A stretch of 30,125 bases of DNA from Lama guanicoe. Taxonomy: Eukaryota. The stretch is from NCBI GenBank assembly GCA_013239625.1, contig MU053158.1, forward strand, positions 62,001 to 92,125, in the 5' to 3' direction. The notes under the pieces were generated by a model. The model was not told the DNA's origin. It was given only the letters and a program-made list of their open reading frames with translations, and did not search any database. A program made the position numbers and the translations under genes. Below are positions 1 through 12,006 of the stretch, piece after piece. Within the stretch, counting starts at the first letter, position 1. Every line of letters starts with the position of its first letter.

Positions 1-146
1 CCATTCCCCTGATGTGTAGGAGCCACTCAGCTAGTTTGTGGATTTCTTTTAAAGGGAATTGTACCATGTGTCACTGTAAAGTCAGTGTGTCCATGGGAAG
101 GAAAAGTTTAGGTGACTCCTATGACACTATCTTGGCCCCTCTCCTC
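1..146 (-). mobile_element. Old L1 (L1M-type) 5' end / 5'UTR start; element continues off the left edge
   Basis: Reverse complement reads GGGGCCAAGATAG...CCTTCCCATGGACACAC...ACAATTCCCTTTAAAAGAAATCCACAAACTAGCTGAGTGGCTCCTACACATC. This resembles the CpG-decayed CCAAGATGGCG start of eutherian L1 5'UTRs (recalled consensus). Confidence 0.7.
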
Positions 147-280
147 CTGCTTCTTAACATTAGTGTTAAACTTTCCTTACCCAAGGATAGCAAAGATATC
201 TCAACACTTCTGTAAGCTTCTATCAGGTATTGTGTTTCATTTCATTATCTGCAAGATGCTAGGGGAAAAGCATACAATTT

Positions 281-754
281 TGTGTAGGTTATCAATTGCA
301 ACATAGCAAATCACCCCATCACGCAAAACAAAGATTATTTATCCTTTCAGCTCACACATCTGTAAACACCACAGGCATAGTTGGTCTAGGCTGAATTTAG
401 CTGGGTTGACTGAATTTACTCCTCTGCAGTTTGCTAGTCTGAGAAATTCTGTTCTTTACCACTTATTCTGGGCAGCTTACCCAGAGAGGTTCTCCTCTTC
501 ATGTCTCATTTTCTTTCTGGAACCAGAAGACTGGCTGAGAATGTTCTTCTGCTGGCAATGAGAGAGCCACAAGTGACCAAGTCCCATTGCATAAACTCAG
601 ATCAAACTTTGCTTGTATCATGCCTGCTGAAATTCCATTGGTCAAAGCAAGTCCCACAGATAAACTCAGTTCACCAGACAATAGTAGGAAGCCCTATAAA
701 GGCGTGGATTCAGGGAGATATGAAGATTTTAAGTCAGATATGCAATCTATCAAA
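281..754 (-). mobile_element. MaLR LTR (MLT1G/H-like), solo
   Basis: MaLR antisense motifs CTGCTGAAATTCCATTGGTCAAAGCAAGTC and GGCGTGGATTCAGGGAG...GCAATCTATCA. Confidence 0.7.
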
Positions 755-799
755 AATTGGAAATTAGACAAAGCTAGGTGTAACTGGCAGCCCAGCCAA

Positions 800-935
800 A
801 TTCCAGCTGTGTGATACTGAATTTAGTTTGTTTCAACAGGAAAGCAGGGACAGTTGTACATACAAATAAGACCATTTGTGTGATTATAAGAATTAAATGA
901 GATAATATAAAACGTGTGAAGACAGCATAATGAAA
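800..935 (+). mobile_element. MIR SINE fragment
   Basis: MIR core-like GTGATTATAAGAATTAAATGAGATAAT; boundaries approximate. Confidence 0.5.
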
Positions 936-965
936 ATTTTCAATATCAAAATGTGTAAGAAAATA

Positions 966-1199
966 TAATTGATCCTTGAACAACATGTATTTGAACTGTG
1001 CAGGTCCACGTACATATGGATTTTTTTCCATAGTTAATGCTACAGTGCTACACAACCCATTGCTGTTTGAAACCACAGATGCAGAACTGCAGAAATGGAC
1101 AAAACACATATGGAGAGCCTACTATAAATTATACAACTATTAGTTTTGACTGCACAACAGGGAGGCAGTCTAACCCCCTTGTTGTTCAAGGGTCAAATG
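966..1199 (+). mobile_element. Tigger2-derived MITE (Tc1/mariner-pogo)
   Basis: Terminal inverted repeats TAATTGATCCTTGAACAAC ... GTTGTTCAAGGGTCAAATG, with TA on each side (964-965, 1200-1201). Internal TTTGAACTGTGCAGGTCCAC is typical of Tigger2. Confidence 0.85.
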
Positions 1200-2799
1200 T
1201 AAAAATCTGGAATGCCATGCCCTATGTAACATCAAATATATGTTAATTTAATCCACAACAAGTTAAGAAAATCTAATTTTATTCAACACAGTTTAGGAGT
1301 TGACAACTTGAAAATTTACTCCTTTGAGAAAGATACACATATCAATGACAGCTTGGATATCTATTAATAAATCTACTAGTCTAAAAGGTGCTTCTGTGCC
1401 CTTTACAGAAGTGGTAATATATTATTCAACCAACAACTGATTATTTACCAACAATTTTTAATTTAAGGTTAAGCTACAAAGTTCCTTCCCTGTGATTTGA
1501 AAGCGAAATATCTGAATTTTCATATAAATTTTATGTAATTATGAAGTGTTAAATGAGGCCTGAACAAATGGTACATTATCCTTAATTTTCTTTGTCTTGC
1601 GATGGCCATAATTAATTAAATATATGGAAAAATGTATTAACTCACATTGAGGCATAAGACTCACATCTGTCTCTTGGATTTCAATCAATAGCACTGGTTT
1701 TAAAATTGAAAGCATTATTCCTGATGTAATTAGTCTCTAACTTACAGTTTTTGTACATGGCTCCCACTTAGATCAAGCAGGCTGTGCTGTTCCTTGAGAA
1801 CTTTCCTGTGTAACTTTAAAACTTATTTCAAGGAGTTGGAGTAACCGAAAAACTAAGGATTAAGGATTTTTCTCTCTTTTCCTTTTCATTTAAATGGCTC
1901 CTCAGGGAAGATGGATAGGACTGGGGTGGGTTATAATTCCTTTTTCTACAATGTTCATGACATGCACTAATGAAAGTGTTCACCTTTATGTTCCTCTTGA
2001 TTATAACCAAGGAATTTTTGATGCCACATAGGCATAAATTTTTGTTTCTTGATTGGAAAAGGGCAGGCTGGTTGTGGAGTCTAATTGCTGAAAGATGAAA
2101 TTTGAGAACTGGAGGTCATTGTGAAGTTATAATTCTTTCCCACATCCTGACAAATAACTAAAATTCTATTTTTTAAAAATTTGAGGTTAAGCTTTATTTT
2201 CTGAGGTTACCACTTTTATTAGCACTTTCAAAAACAACTACCTACATACATAGTGAACCTCAATAGAAAAGTCATCTTCCAACATAATATAAACATGTAT
2301 GTATAAGTTGGCTGAAGCGCACTTTTCTGAGATCCTTAGCAGTAAAGAGCCAACTGGGGGAAAAAAAAGCCAGCAAGGTTCTTTTGACTCTTCCACTATT
2401 GAAAGTAATGCACTTACTAACAGACAACATTAGAGATCGGCTAGAGACCCAGAAAGGTGACTGATGTTTGATTTGTTTCCTTTGTCTAAAATGTGAGATG
2501 TGACATTCATGTGCAGGTAGAGGTCATGAATAACTGCAGTCAAGAATGAATCAATTATATAAGAAAATGTTTTATCATAACTATATTGTCATTTTATACT
2601 GTAACAGAATACATATATTCCTTGTGATATCAGAAAGTTTCCAAACTTTCAATTCTCTAAGCTTTCAATTTCTCTAAACTTCAAATCCTTCAAATCCTTA
2701 AGTGAACCCATTTACCTAACAATTTATCTATGTGTCCATCCATCTAATGCATATGGAATAAAACTTACTTCATCTAAGACTTTACCAAGGTATTATAAT

Positions 2800-3180
2800 G
2801 GTTATCGAACACTCAGCTTGCTAGGGCAGGTGACTTAGAAGTTAGTTGCTTCTCCAATCTACAAAAAACAAGAGTGTAATTCTCCACCTTTCTCATTTGC
2901 AGGCTTAGTCTGAGGATCAGATGAGATTACGAACAACAGCAACACTTTGTAAGCTGTGAGATCTGAGTTACTAGAATATAAAGGAAATATGTTTTGTTTT
3001 GATATTTGTGATATAGTGGAAAGTCTACAAGCTCTGGGGTTAAATAAATAAATCTCATTGGTTCTTTCATCTATGAAATGGGAAGAAAAACATATTTGGA
3101 TTTGAAATGGTATTTGGAAAGCATCTAGTAGTTTTCCTGAAATATAACATGTACTCAGTAAGTGATTATTATTACTATTA
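2800..3180 (+). mobile_element. Two adjacent degenerate MIR fragments
   Basis: TGAGGATCAGATGAGATTAC...CACTTTGTAAGCTGTG (~2910-2960) and CATCTATGAAATGGG...GTACTCAGTAAGTGATTATTATT (~3068-3175). Confidence 0.5.
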
Positions 3181-3759
3181 ATATCTTGAAATGGATGAAG
3201 ACATGATCTGAATGAGGAGACAAAGTAGCAGGCAATTTCCAGGATATGCACGACTCAAAATTAAACAGGTTTACACGACACTGACAAAATTGCCCATTGA
3301 GAAACAGGATCACAGGCAGTGGCTGGGAAGACAGGAGGACAAGCGCAGCCCCGCAACGGGGAAGGAGGCACCAAGGTTAGAGAGTTCAGGGAAAGCGTCT
3401 TTTTGTCATAAGGGAACCAGTGGAAGTCTGAAGACTGTCACAGTGCCTGCACGAGTATGACCAGGGTTCGGGGGAAGAAGCTACTGAGATATCTGGGAGC
3501 ATGTATATTTCTGTACTTCAGTCTAGGTCCTTCATCATTCAGCAAAGAAACAAATCTGCTGATTGACAATAACATCCATTATTTTACATAATTATATAAC
3601 TGCGTATTATGGACATTTAGTACATGTATACCCACATGCAATGTATTTAATCTTTTATTACAATTTTTAAAGTCCTTTGTATTTTGAAATTCTGTTATCA
3701 CCACCCTTGATTGTCCTTTGCAAGAATCAGACTACCTACCTGTTGTCATGTGCATTAAA

Positions 3760-4035
3760 TCCAGGCCTTTGTTCTTATCGTCCACCTGCATGAAACACCT
3801 TTTTATTTTCTGTTTGCTCAATTCTTACCATCTTTTTAAGCCCCAACTGAAAGCTGAGTTCTTCCATGAAACTTTCTCTGAATTTTCCAATGTACTCTAA
3901 TCCCCTTGTTCTCTGATCTTCTATTGACCTTAAGCCGTAATACTCCATTTAGCACATGCCCCATCTCTAATCTTGTCACATTATGTTAATCTTGTCATTT
4001 CATTAAGCTTGTAAATCCCTTGTGAGCACAGACTG
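3760..4035 (+). mobile_element. L2 LINE 3' fragment
   Basis: AATTCTTACCATCTTTTTAAGCCCCAACTGAAAG...CTTCCATGAAACTTTCTCTGA and CTTGTAAATCCCTTGTGAGCACAGAC resemble the L2 3' region. Confidence 0.55.
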
Positions 4036-4039
4036 AGGA

Positions 4040-4340
4040 AGAGTGAGAATTTATTCTCTCTAACTCCATTCTATCTCCTTTCAAGTTGAAGAAACTAGAA
4101 AGCTAAAAACATTCCTAGACTTTCTGGCCACTAAGATTCCAGAAGAGAATTGGGTTCCACCAGTTGGGTTTACTTTGAGAAGAAATGGAAGGTAGGAATG
4201 AGGCAGAGCCATTCTCTTGCATCTCACTGGTTGTGCTGGGGAACAATGGTACAACCAGGTGTTGCTTTTCTGTGGTAAAGTTCTTTCACCCATTCTCCAT
4301 CCATTCTTACCAGACACATGTGCCTCAGTAGCAGGAGCTA
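4040..4340. mobile_element. ERVL LTR fragment (LTR33-like)
   Basis: AAAGCTAAAAACATTCCTAGACTTTCTGGCCACTAAGATTCC...GGAAGGTAGGAATGAGGCAGAGCCATT matches recalled LTR33-family motifs. Confidence 0.5.
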
Positions 4341-4414
4341 CTGTGGTGGTGACTTTTTCATCTTTTCTGCCTCATTAACTTATAGAGGTGCCTTTTTAAA
4401 CTCTCAGCAATAGT

Positions 4415-4730
4415 GACAATCTCTACATCAGCAACACCAGTAAAAATTAATAAACAGAAATTTCAATTAAAATACAATTGGGAGGCAAAAAAGGGGAAGC
4501 TCTTTTTCCCTAATAAGATAGCAGAGCCCAACAGGAAGAAGAAAGACTTCCTCTTCTTGCCCGTCAACAGTTCAGCTAATGAGAGATTGTCACAGCTCAG
4601 CCAACAGAAAACCAACTCTAGTTTGAACTCTCAGTTCCTCTGACTGACTCTGTTTACTTTAGCCCCCCCCCAACTTCCTTTTTGCCTCTTGAAAAGATCT
4701 CTCCTCTCTTCCCTGTGCAGGGACTTGCCT
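4415..4730 (+). mobile_element. ERV1-class LTR fragment (MER110-like, tentative)
   Basis: GCAGAGCCCAACAGGAAGAAGAAAGACTTCCTCTTC, CCAAT-box-like CAGCTAATGAG/CAGCCAAC, then a C-run and TATA-position GAAAAG, giving an LTR U3 layout. Confidence 0.5.
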
Positions 4731-5179
4731 GTAGAGGAAGACAGGAGAGCAATGAAAGTCAGCACTGGTGCCCAAAGGGCCAGGGAGAGAATTTGTACCT
4801 AGACCATGGTGAGTAGAAGCTTAGACCAGCTCACAGTCAGTGTGGAGAACATCAGAAACGCTGGTGGTGAACTGTGGCTGGGATTAGAACTTTTGTGTGG
4901 AGAAGCAGAAGCTCAAAGCTAGTAAGACTGCAGTAGCAATGCAAAGGTGACCTAAATTGCACCCATGAGTTAGGGAGGACTGGAGAAACTTGGTTTACGA
5001 AGAGTTTGTATGTAATTTTCCATTTCTCTGTTTTTCTGGAATGAAGCCATACCCTTATACAGGATTCTTTCAAAAACCCAGCAATCCATACCCACCAAAT
5101 ATTCATCTTTCCTATGGTTCCATTCAAAAGAGAAGAAAACTTTTATATAAATACACATTGGGTAAAAAGAAGCAAGCAT

Positions 5180-5340
5180 CTACTCCTGTATGTCATGTAC
5201 TAAACAAATTAATTTCAAAGAACTTCAGTTTATTCTGCTATAAAATGGAAGATATTAACCCTATCATTAATATAGGCTAAAAGGATTAAATGAGACAGTA
5301 TTTGTGAAAGACATGTGTAGAAAGCTCTATAAAAACACAG
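5180..5340 (+). mobile_element. MIR SINE
   Basis: CTTCAGTTTATTCTGCTATAAAATGGAAGATA...AGGATTAAATGAGACAGTATTTGTGAAAG is the MIR core. Confidence 0.75.
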
Positions 5341-5627
5341 TGGGAAATAATTATTTGATTGACTAGCTGTCCCCGGTCAGAAACCAAACAAGAGTCTGCC
5401 CTTCAGTGCATACATTTAAGTAGAACAGCCTGTGGCTGAGTAGAAAGATATGATTTATACATTTAATAATTCCATTAGCACTTATTCTTAACCAGACCCT
5501 GTATCATCTCTGGTTTTAAAGAGCTACTTGATATGCTTAATGCTAAATAATTCTGGAACCCATCTACCCACATTTAGATAATGGGTTCTAGTCTTACATA
5601 ATCCCTAACCAGTTCTAATGAGGCATC

Positions 5628-5843
5628 TCTTCTAAGCAAAAAGGATTTTTACAAAAAATCCAAAAATTAATGTTTTAGGTATTGTGGGCCATGTGATCTC
5701 TGTTGCATTGACCCAACTCTACCATCGTTATCAGGAAAGCAGACACAGATAATACGTTAACAATGACTGTTTTCTGATGTATGTTATTTAAACAAACAGA
5801 TCAGCCAAGGTTTGGCCCAAAATCTTAAGTTTGTCAACCCCTG
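5628..5843 (-). mobile_element. MER58A (hAT-Charlie MITE)
   Basis: TTTTAGGTATTGTGGGCCATGTGATCTCTGTTGCA...CAACTCTACC...TTTGGCCC...AGTTTGTCAACCCCTG terminus. Confidence 0.8.
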
Positions 5844-6542
5844 GTTAAACAATTAAAAAATACAAGATATTTTGATGAGTATGTGTATATAGTCTAAAGA
5901 GATCTCATATATCTTGTTTTAAAATATATTTATTTTACAAGTGAAAAACATTCCAAATATATATGTAAATCATAGATGGATAGATATACAGACAGATAAA
6001 TAGACATGTAGTTTAAAACTAAACCTGTATCCCACTTCCCACAGTAGAGACCTGTTATTATTTTATTATTTTACATATTATGCTTCTAGAGTCAAAGAAA
6101 AAAGAAAGAATATAAGTTACAGATAAAATAAAGTTCATTTGATTACTACCAAAAGTCACATTCTCTTTACAATCTCTCTTCTTGAGGAAATCATTGTGAC
6201 GATTTTGATGAATATATTTTTGGATTTTAAAAATATTTAAACTGCATATTTATATGAATATAAACCTATCCAGAATATATCCATAAACAATACACAGATT
6301 TTATTTATATATGTGGACATGTCCATCTGCCTTTTTTAAATCTATAGAAATGTATATCCCTAACAGTAGTATATAAATAGACTTGTTTCCCCACATTCAA
6401 GCAAACACTTGATGTCATCATGTTTTTCATTTTTGTCAATTCAATGGAGGAAATAAAATTCAATTTTTGATCTTTGTCAATTTGATGGAGTCAATTCAAT
6501 CAAATCTCATTGTTTTAATCTACATTTTCTAATTACAAATTA

Positions 6543-7022
6543 ATTTAAAAGACACATACACCACAATGTTCTTAGCAGTACTATTTACAACAGCCAAGAC
6601 ATGGAAACAACCCAAATGTCCATCAATAGATGATTGGATAAAGAAGTTGTGGTACATATATACAATGGAATACTACTTAGCCATAAAAAGAATAAAATAA
6701 TGCCATTCACAGCAACATGGGTGGACCTAGAGATTATCATACTAAATAAAGTAATTTAGACAAAGACAAGTATCATATGATATCACTTACATGTGGAATC
6801 TAAAAAACTGACACAAATGAACTTATTTACAAAGCAGACTCACAGACATAAAAAAAAAAAAACTTGCAGTTACCAAATGGGAAAGAGGGGAAGGGATAAA
6901 TTAGGAGTTTGAGATTAGCAGATACACAAAATAGATAAACAATAAAGTCCTACTATACATAACAGAGAAATAACTACATCCAGTACTTTTGTAGGAACCT
7001 AAATAAAAAATGTGAAAAAGAG

Positions 7023-7058
<36 letters not shown>

Positions 7059-7160
7059 ACTGAATCACAGTTATATATATATAACTGAATCACTATGTTG
7101 TATGTCAGAAACTAACACAATATTGTAAATCAACTATACTTATATTAAATAAATAAAAAA
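6543..7160 (+). mobile_element. Lineage-specific L1, 5'-truncated (ORF2 C-terminus, 3'UTR, A-tail)
   Basis: AAAAGACACATACACCACAATGTTC...GCCAAGACATGGAAACAACCCAAATGTCCATCAATAGATGATTGGATAAAG...CAATGGAATACTAC; cetartiodactyl-type 3'UTR ending TGTAAATCAACTATACTT plus A-rich tail. Confidence 0.92.
7023..7058. repeat. (TA)n microsatellite inside L1 3'UTR
   Basis: Seen directly; one G interruption. Confidence 0.95.
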
Positions 7161-7234
7161 TGTGGTTTTTAATATATCAATTATAGCAATAAAGCTGTTT
7201 AAAAAAAACTAAAAAAATTATCATGTTTATTGGC

Positions 7235-7785
7235 TGTGGAAGGCCGAATAATGCCCCTTCAATGTCCTTTCCCCAAACCCCAGAACCTATGAATGTTACT
7301 GTACATGGAAAAACAGACTTTGCAGATTAAGGCTAAAGACGTTGCAATTCAGAGATCATCCCAGACTATTGGCGTTTACCCAATCATATGAACTCTGAAG
7401 AGCATAAAAATGGAAGAAGAGTCAAAGTAATTCAATGTGAGAAGAACTCCATCTACTATTGTTGGCTTTAAAAATGGAGGAAGGGGACCATGAGTCACAG
7501 AATAAAGCATCTTCTGAATTTGGGAATGACTCTCAGTTTGTAGCTTGCAAGGAAATGAGAACCTCAGAACTGCAACCTTAAGGAACCGAACTCTGCCAAC
7601 CACCTGAATGTGTAGGAAACACTCTCCCAGAGCCTCCAGAAAGGGAATAGCCTGCTGATGAACTGATTTTAGTGTGTTGAGAACTATGTCAGACTTGTGA
7701 CCTCAAAAACTATAAAATAATAAATTTGTGTTGTTTAAGCCACTGAGTTTGTAGTAATTTGTTATGGCAACTATAGAACTGGATG
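7235..7785 (+). mobile_element. MaLR solo LTR (MLT1E-like)
   Basis: Starts TGTGGAAGGCCGAATAATGCCCC and ends AATAAATTTGTGTTGTTTAAGCCACTGAGTTTGTAGTAATTTGTTATGGCAAC. 5-bp TSD TTGGC (7230-7234) / TTAGC (7786-7790). Confidence 0.88.
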
Positions 7786-8088
7786 TTAGCATGTATTCTT
7801 TTGTAACTTACCTGTTCTTATCATTTGCCCATTTTTCTGTCAGGTTTTGCTTATTAATTAGTAGTTCTTTGTACACTTGGTTTAATTATCCCTTGTTATA
7901 TAGTCTCTATTATATTAGCTGCAAAATCTTCTCTAGGTCTGTCACTTGTCTTTTAACTTTATTTACAGGTGTCTTGATATACAGATGACTTTCATTTAAT
8001 GTAGTGAAATTTGCGAAAGTATATCCATTAAGAGTATGCTTCTGTTGTATTAAGAAAACACTGTTTCATTATTAAAAGGTAACTAGAA

Positions 8089-8242
8089 GGGGGGAGGGTA
8101 TAGCTCAAGCTGTAGCATGCATGCTCAGCATGCTTGAGGTCCTGGGTTCAATCCCCAGTGCCTCCATTAAAAAAATAATTAATTAAATAGACCTAACTAA
8201 CTCCCCTTCAAGCAAAAACATAAATAAATAAAAATTTAAAAA
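8089..8242 (+). mobile_element. tRNA-derived SINE, camelid Vic-1-like
   Basis: GGGGAGGGTATAGCTCAAG (A box) ... GAGGTCCTGGGTTCAATCCCCAGTGCCTCC (B box), A-rich tail, 15-bp TSD TAAAAGGTAACTAGA (8073-8087) / TAAAAGATAACTAGA (8243-8257). Confidence 0.88.
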
Positions 8243-8420
8243 TAAAAGATAACTAGACTATGTGCTGATTTGATCAGTAAGGAGACTTCTAGGTTGAGTG
8301 CTGACAATGTAAATTGGTTTCTTTTAATTGCATGCAATAAGATACAGAAAATAAGAGATGAAAAGAAAAAAATGAAATTTTAGTTTCTAGTAGTTACCTA
8401 CTATAACATTGTTTCTATCT

Positions 8421-8501
8421 TATTATCTTACACAATATAAAACTGACATTTTGTGACCTAAACAGTAGACTATGGGCAATTTCACATGATTTCACATATA
8501 T
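8421..8501. mobile_element. MADE2-like mariner MITE (~80 bp)
   Basis: TATTATCTTACACAATATAAAACTGAC ... GGCAATTTCACATGATTTCACATATA resembles degenerate TTAGGTTGAACCATATGAAATTGCC terminal inverted repeats. Confidence 0.6.
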
Positions 8502-9859
8502 ATTCTGTATCCAATTATTCAAATTTCTTCATGGATTCTTGTCAGGTTTATAGTTTTTTACATAGGCTGTGAAAAATCCTCATTCAGATCATTTGAATTC
8601 CCTCACTAGATTTTAACTGTTTTATAGGTTATTTGAAATTTTTTTTAAAAAAATTGAAAGTTACCATTGAAAGCTACACAGTGAAATACTGTGCATTGTC
8701 AGGCAAGATGTCTCTGTGAGGAATGTGCATCTTTTTTGACCTTAAGTCCCAGAGCCTTGGAACTAAGACTAGACTTGCAGAGTCTAGCGCCTGTGACTTA
8801 AATCATATTTGTATATTACCACCATTATGCAATCCAGTAATTTTCCACATCGGACTTATCCAGGGTTCTACTTTCTTTTTCAGCCTATGCCCCTTTAAGT
8901 GCAGAAATGCAAGCTATTATTACTTGAAAACTGGATTTGAAACATTTTGTGTCATTATGATTGTTGCTGTTGTTGCTTTTTCATTGAAATCAGGCAAAGA
9001 AGGGAGTCAAATCCAAACACTAGCCCTTGTCAGCTGCTGGATAGGGATTTGCCTCAGGTCTCTCTCACACAACATGCTATGCTACTTTGTGGATTTGGTA
9101 ATGTAGATATAATTTCTGTTACCTAGTGCAAGGTTTTATATATTAAACCAGTGGGAGGCAGAGGCTATAGAGAGCTTTCTATATTTAATGAAGCTCTTCA
9201 TTATCTGGGGATGTGATCCAGGAAATATCTAATACATTTGCTTCAAAGTCCGAATTTGGTGGTGGCAGATGGGATTAGTCTAAGAATACCCAGAAGCCAG
9301 TTCTCTTTCTGAAGAAATAATAATGATGATGAATATTGTTATTACAATGGTTTCTTTCATCAAGGATCTAAGTATTTTATTAACCAGAGTTACAGGCTGG
9401 TATAATTTCAAGTAAAAATAGAGCTCTTTTTTTTTTCCCTCCTGCTGACAAAGATTTCTAGGTTAACATTAGAGCACATTTTAATCATGACCATCTTTCA
9501 CAGGTTAGACAAAAGGGAGAGGTTAGCCAGAATTTAGACAGAAACCAGTACATGATTCAGTAATTTGAGATTGCTTAACATTTTCAGGCCAGTTAAATAC
9601 CAGGGAGTCTACTCATTAGTGAATATCAATACACAATGGTATCTTGAAGACTTAACGGATGAATTGAGGAGCATTTATTTCTGTTTTCTTAAGTATAGTC
9701 TACTGAAACTTACTCCAAGATGCACTAAGGGATAAGGAAATAGATGCATTTGAAAACTGGTCCATATATATAATATATAGAGTATGGATGTATACATATG
9801 TATATACATATAAACATGTGTATATATATATATCGTCATAGTACGAATTAACATTTTAA

Positions 9860-10010
9860 AGGTTTGCAGAAATACTACAATAAAGAAATTTGTCTGACTT
9901 ATTTAAACCAATTTTTTCCAAATTTTTTACCACATTTCTTCTATCTTGCATAATACTTGTCAATACCCTTAGAAATGACATATCCAGAAAATACACATTA
10001 TGAAACTCTG
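9860..10010. mobile_element. hAT-Charlie MITE fragment (MER112-like, tentative)
   Basis: TTTAAACCAATTTTTTCCAAATTTTTTTACCAC ... AATACACATTATGAAACTCTG terminus. Confidence 0.4.
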
Positions 10011-10722
10011 ATTTACTTGTTTTTTACAAACTGATGAGATGTGAATCCTAAATATTCAATTTCTTGTTTTAGAGGTTTTAAAATATATTTTATTTTAAAT
10101 TCTGGCCATGATTTGCATATAATGAAAATAATAGATGTCCAAATATTTTTGCTTCACCCCTTTCCATTCCAAATGATGAAATTGGCTACATCAGTTATAC
10201 TGCTTTCAACCACTTTAAGTTGGACAAGAAAAATGATCTTTTTCTTCTTTAAAAAGAAAGCAAAGAAAAGAAGTTCATAACATTCCTCCCCATCTGTTTA
10301 CCAATTAAACATAATGGTGAGTCACTTTTTTTCCTATGAACAGCAAAATTACTAGTGCATAAAGACAAAATGTCTGTTTTAAATCAAGAATCTGAACTCT
10401 TTGCCAGAATATTCTCAGATATCTTTTTAATTAATGCTATGACCAGGCTAAGGAGGTTAGAGTATATATGTAGCTATCTAGCTATCTCGCTATGGTTTTT
10501 TCAAATAGATTTGAAAATCTGTTTGGGGAGATGCCAAACACTAAAAGAGATTTGTTGTATGTATGGCTATTATAATGCATATGCAGAAACTTACCTATCT
10601 GCAAATTACAGATAAGATGAGCCTAATTAGGAAGGAAATTATGATTTCAAACTTTTTCAATGAATGAAGTCATTATTTAAAGCATTCAAAAACATTACAC
10701 ATAAGAAATCAATAATTGTACT

Positions 10723-10820
10723 TTCATTCATTCAAAAAAGTATTTATTAAGGGGCAGGCATACATATAAGACATTATGTTAAATATTAGCTTAATGTCTA
10801 ATTAAGAGAGACAAAGATGG
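10723..10820 (-). mobile_element. L2 3' tail fragment
   Basis: TTCATTCATTCAAAAAAGTATTTATTAAG is the antisense L2 terminal repeat. Confidence 0.55.
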
Positions 10821-11852
10821 TTAAATCCCAGATTCTCAAAATCATCATGCAACTGTTCAGATGCAGGTACTTCCCACTGGGTATCATTGTGTGGAAAGCA
10901 CTCTAGGGAACACTTGATTATTGACCAGAGTCTGGCCTGAACTCTCTTTGTGCTCTCCTACTCTAATGAAGTCTACTTAACTATTTGTAAGCTTAGACTG
11001 GAGTCCAGAAAGAAGCCAGCATTCCCAATGCAACATGATTTCAATTCTCCAAATTTTACCATCTTCATGAGTGGTAGAGTCAATCACAAATAAAAGGAAG
11101 AAAATGGCATTTTTCCAAACTCAAAGAAGAACTAACCTAACCTATCAGCTTCTTGCTTTCTTCCATCTAGATCTACTGTAATTCTGCTAGGTCTTTCTTT
11201 CAATAGTCTAGGTTAATTGTCATTTGAAAATCCCTTTCAAAATGGGAGGCAATCCCATCTACATTTCCAAGAGTTCCAAGAGAGAAGGATAACCAAAGTG
11301 TTCCAAACAGAAAAATGGCCACTTGATGTGGAAGGAAGTCCTCTTAATTTCTTAGTCTGAAATCTCTAGAACCTATCACTATGGCCTATTTATTTCCTTG
11401 AGACTGGAGTTATGAATGGGGAAGTAGAATGTCATTGAATCCCACCAAGAGGTTATATATAAACCTTCAGGTAGCTTATGTTCTAGGAGTAGTTAGTGAC
11501 TATCAAGTGAGACTACATTTTAGACTCTGTGAATAAAAATGAGTCCCAAGCCCCACTCCATAGTCTGTATTTTTTTCCCAGCACACCCAGGTGATTTCTA
11601 AAACTGCAATATTTGCCAAATACAGGTGTTGGGTTGCCTCTGGTAACTTTAATATAAAACAAACTACAATGATAGTATCAAAGAGGTACAGAACATGATC
11701 TTTACTACCTGAGTTCTACTCAAAAATCAAGTGGATTAGGTTTCTATATTAAGGGAATATGTTTACAGGGCAAGCATATAGTGTAAAGTCACAGCATCTC
11801 TTCACACATGGTGGGAGAGTTTATTAGCACAAACCAAGGGAAGAAGCTAGAC

Positions 11853-11894
11853 TTTAGGTACAGGGTTAGGTTTAGGTTTAGGTTTAGGGTTCAG
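11853..11894 (+). repeat. Degenerate hexamer repeat (TTTAGG/GTTAGG)x7, telomere-like
   Basis: TTTAGG TACAGG GTTAGG TTTAGG TTTAGG TTTAGG GTTCAG. Confidence 0.8.
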
Positions 11895-11947
11895 AACAAG
11901 AACTTACTACTCAACAGAGGTTTTCATAATTGCTCAAGTGGGTCTAT

Positions 11948-11974
11948 GGAAGGAGAAGAAAGAGAAAGAAAGAA

Positions 11975-12006
<32 letters not shown>

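Larger units (their letters stand above)
5925..8060 (-). mobile_element. Old L1M (3'UTR plus ORF2 end) interrupted by a younger L1 (6543-7217) and an MLT1 LTR (7235-7785)
   Basis: Antisense ORF2 text is collinear across both inserts: CCCCACATT...ATCTCATTGTTTTAATCTACATTTTCTAATTAC | TCATGTTTATTGGC | ATGTATTCTTTTGT...TTTGCCCATTTTTCT...GCAAAATCTTCTCTAGGTCTGTCACTTGTCTTTT. Confidence 0.75.

Noticed and set aside
2859..3460. 130-aa and 82-aa ORFs
   Set aside because: The first overlaps MIR fragments; neither resembles a known protein or shows convincing exon boundaries.
8089..8165. tRNA gene
   Set aside because: A tRNA-like head followed by an A-rich tail and TSD is a SINE.
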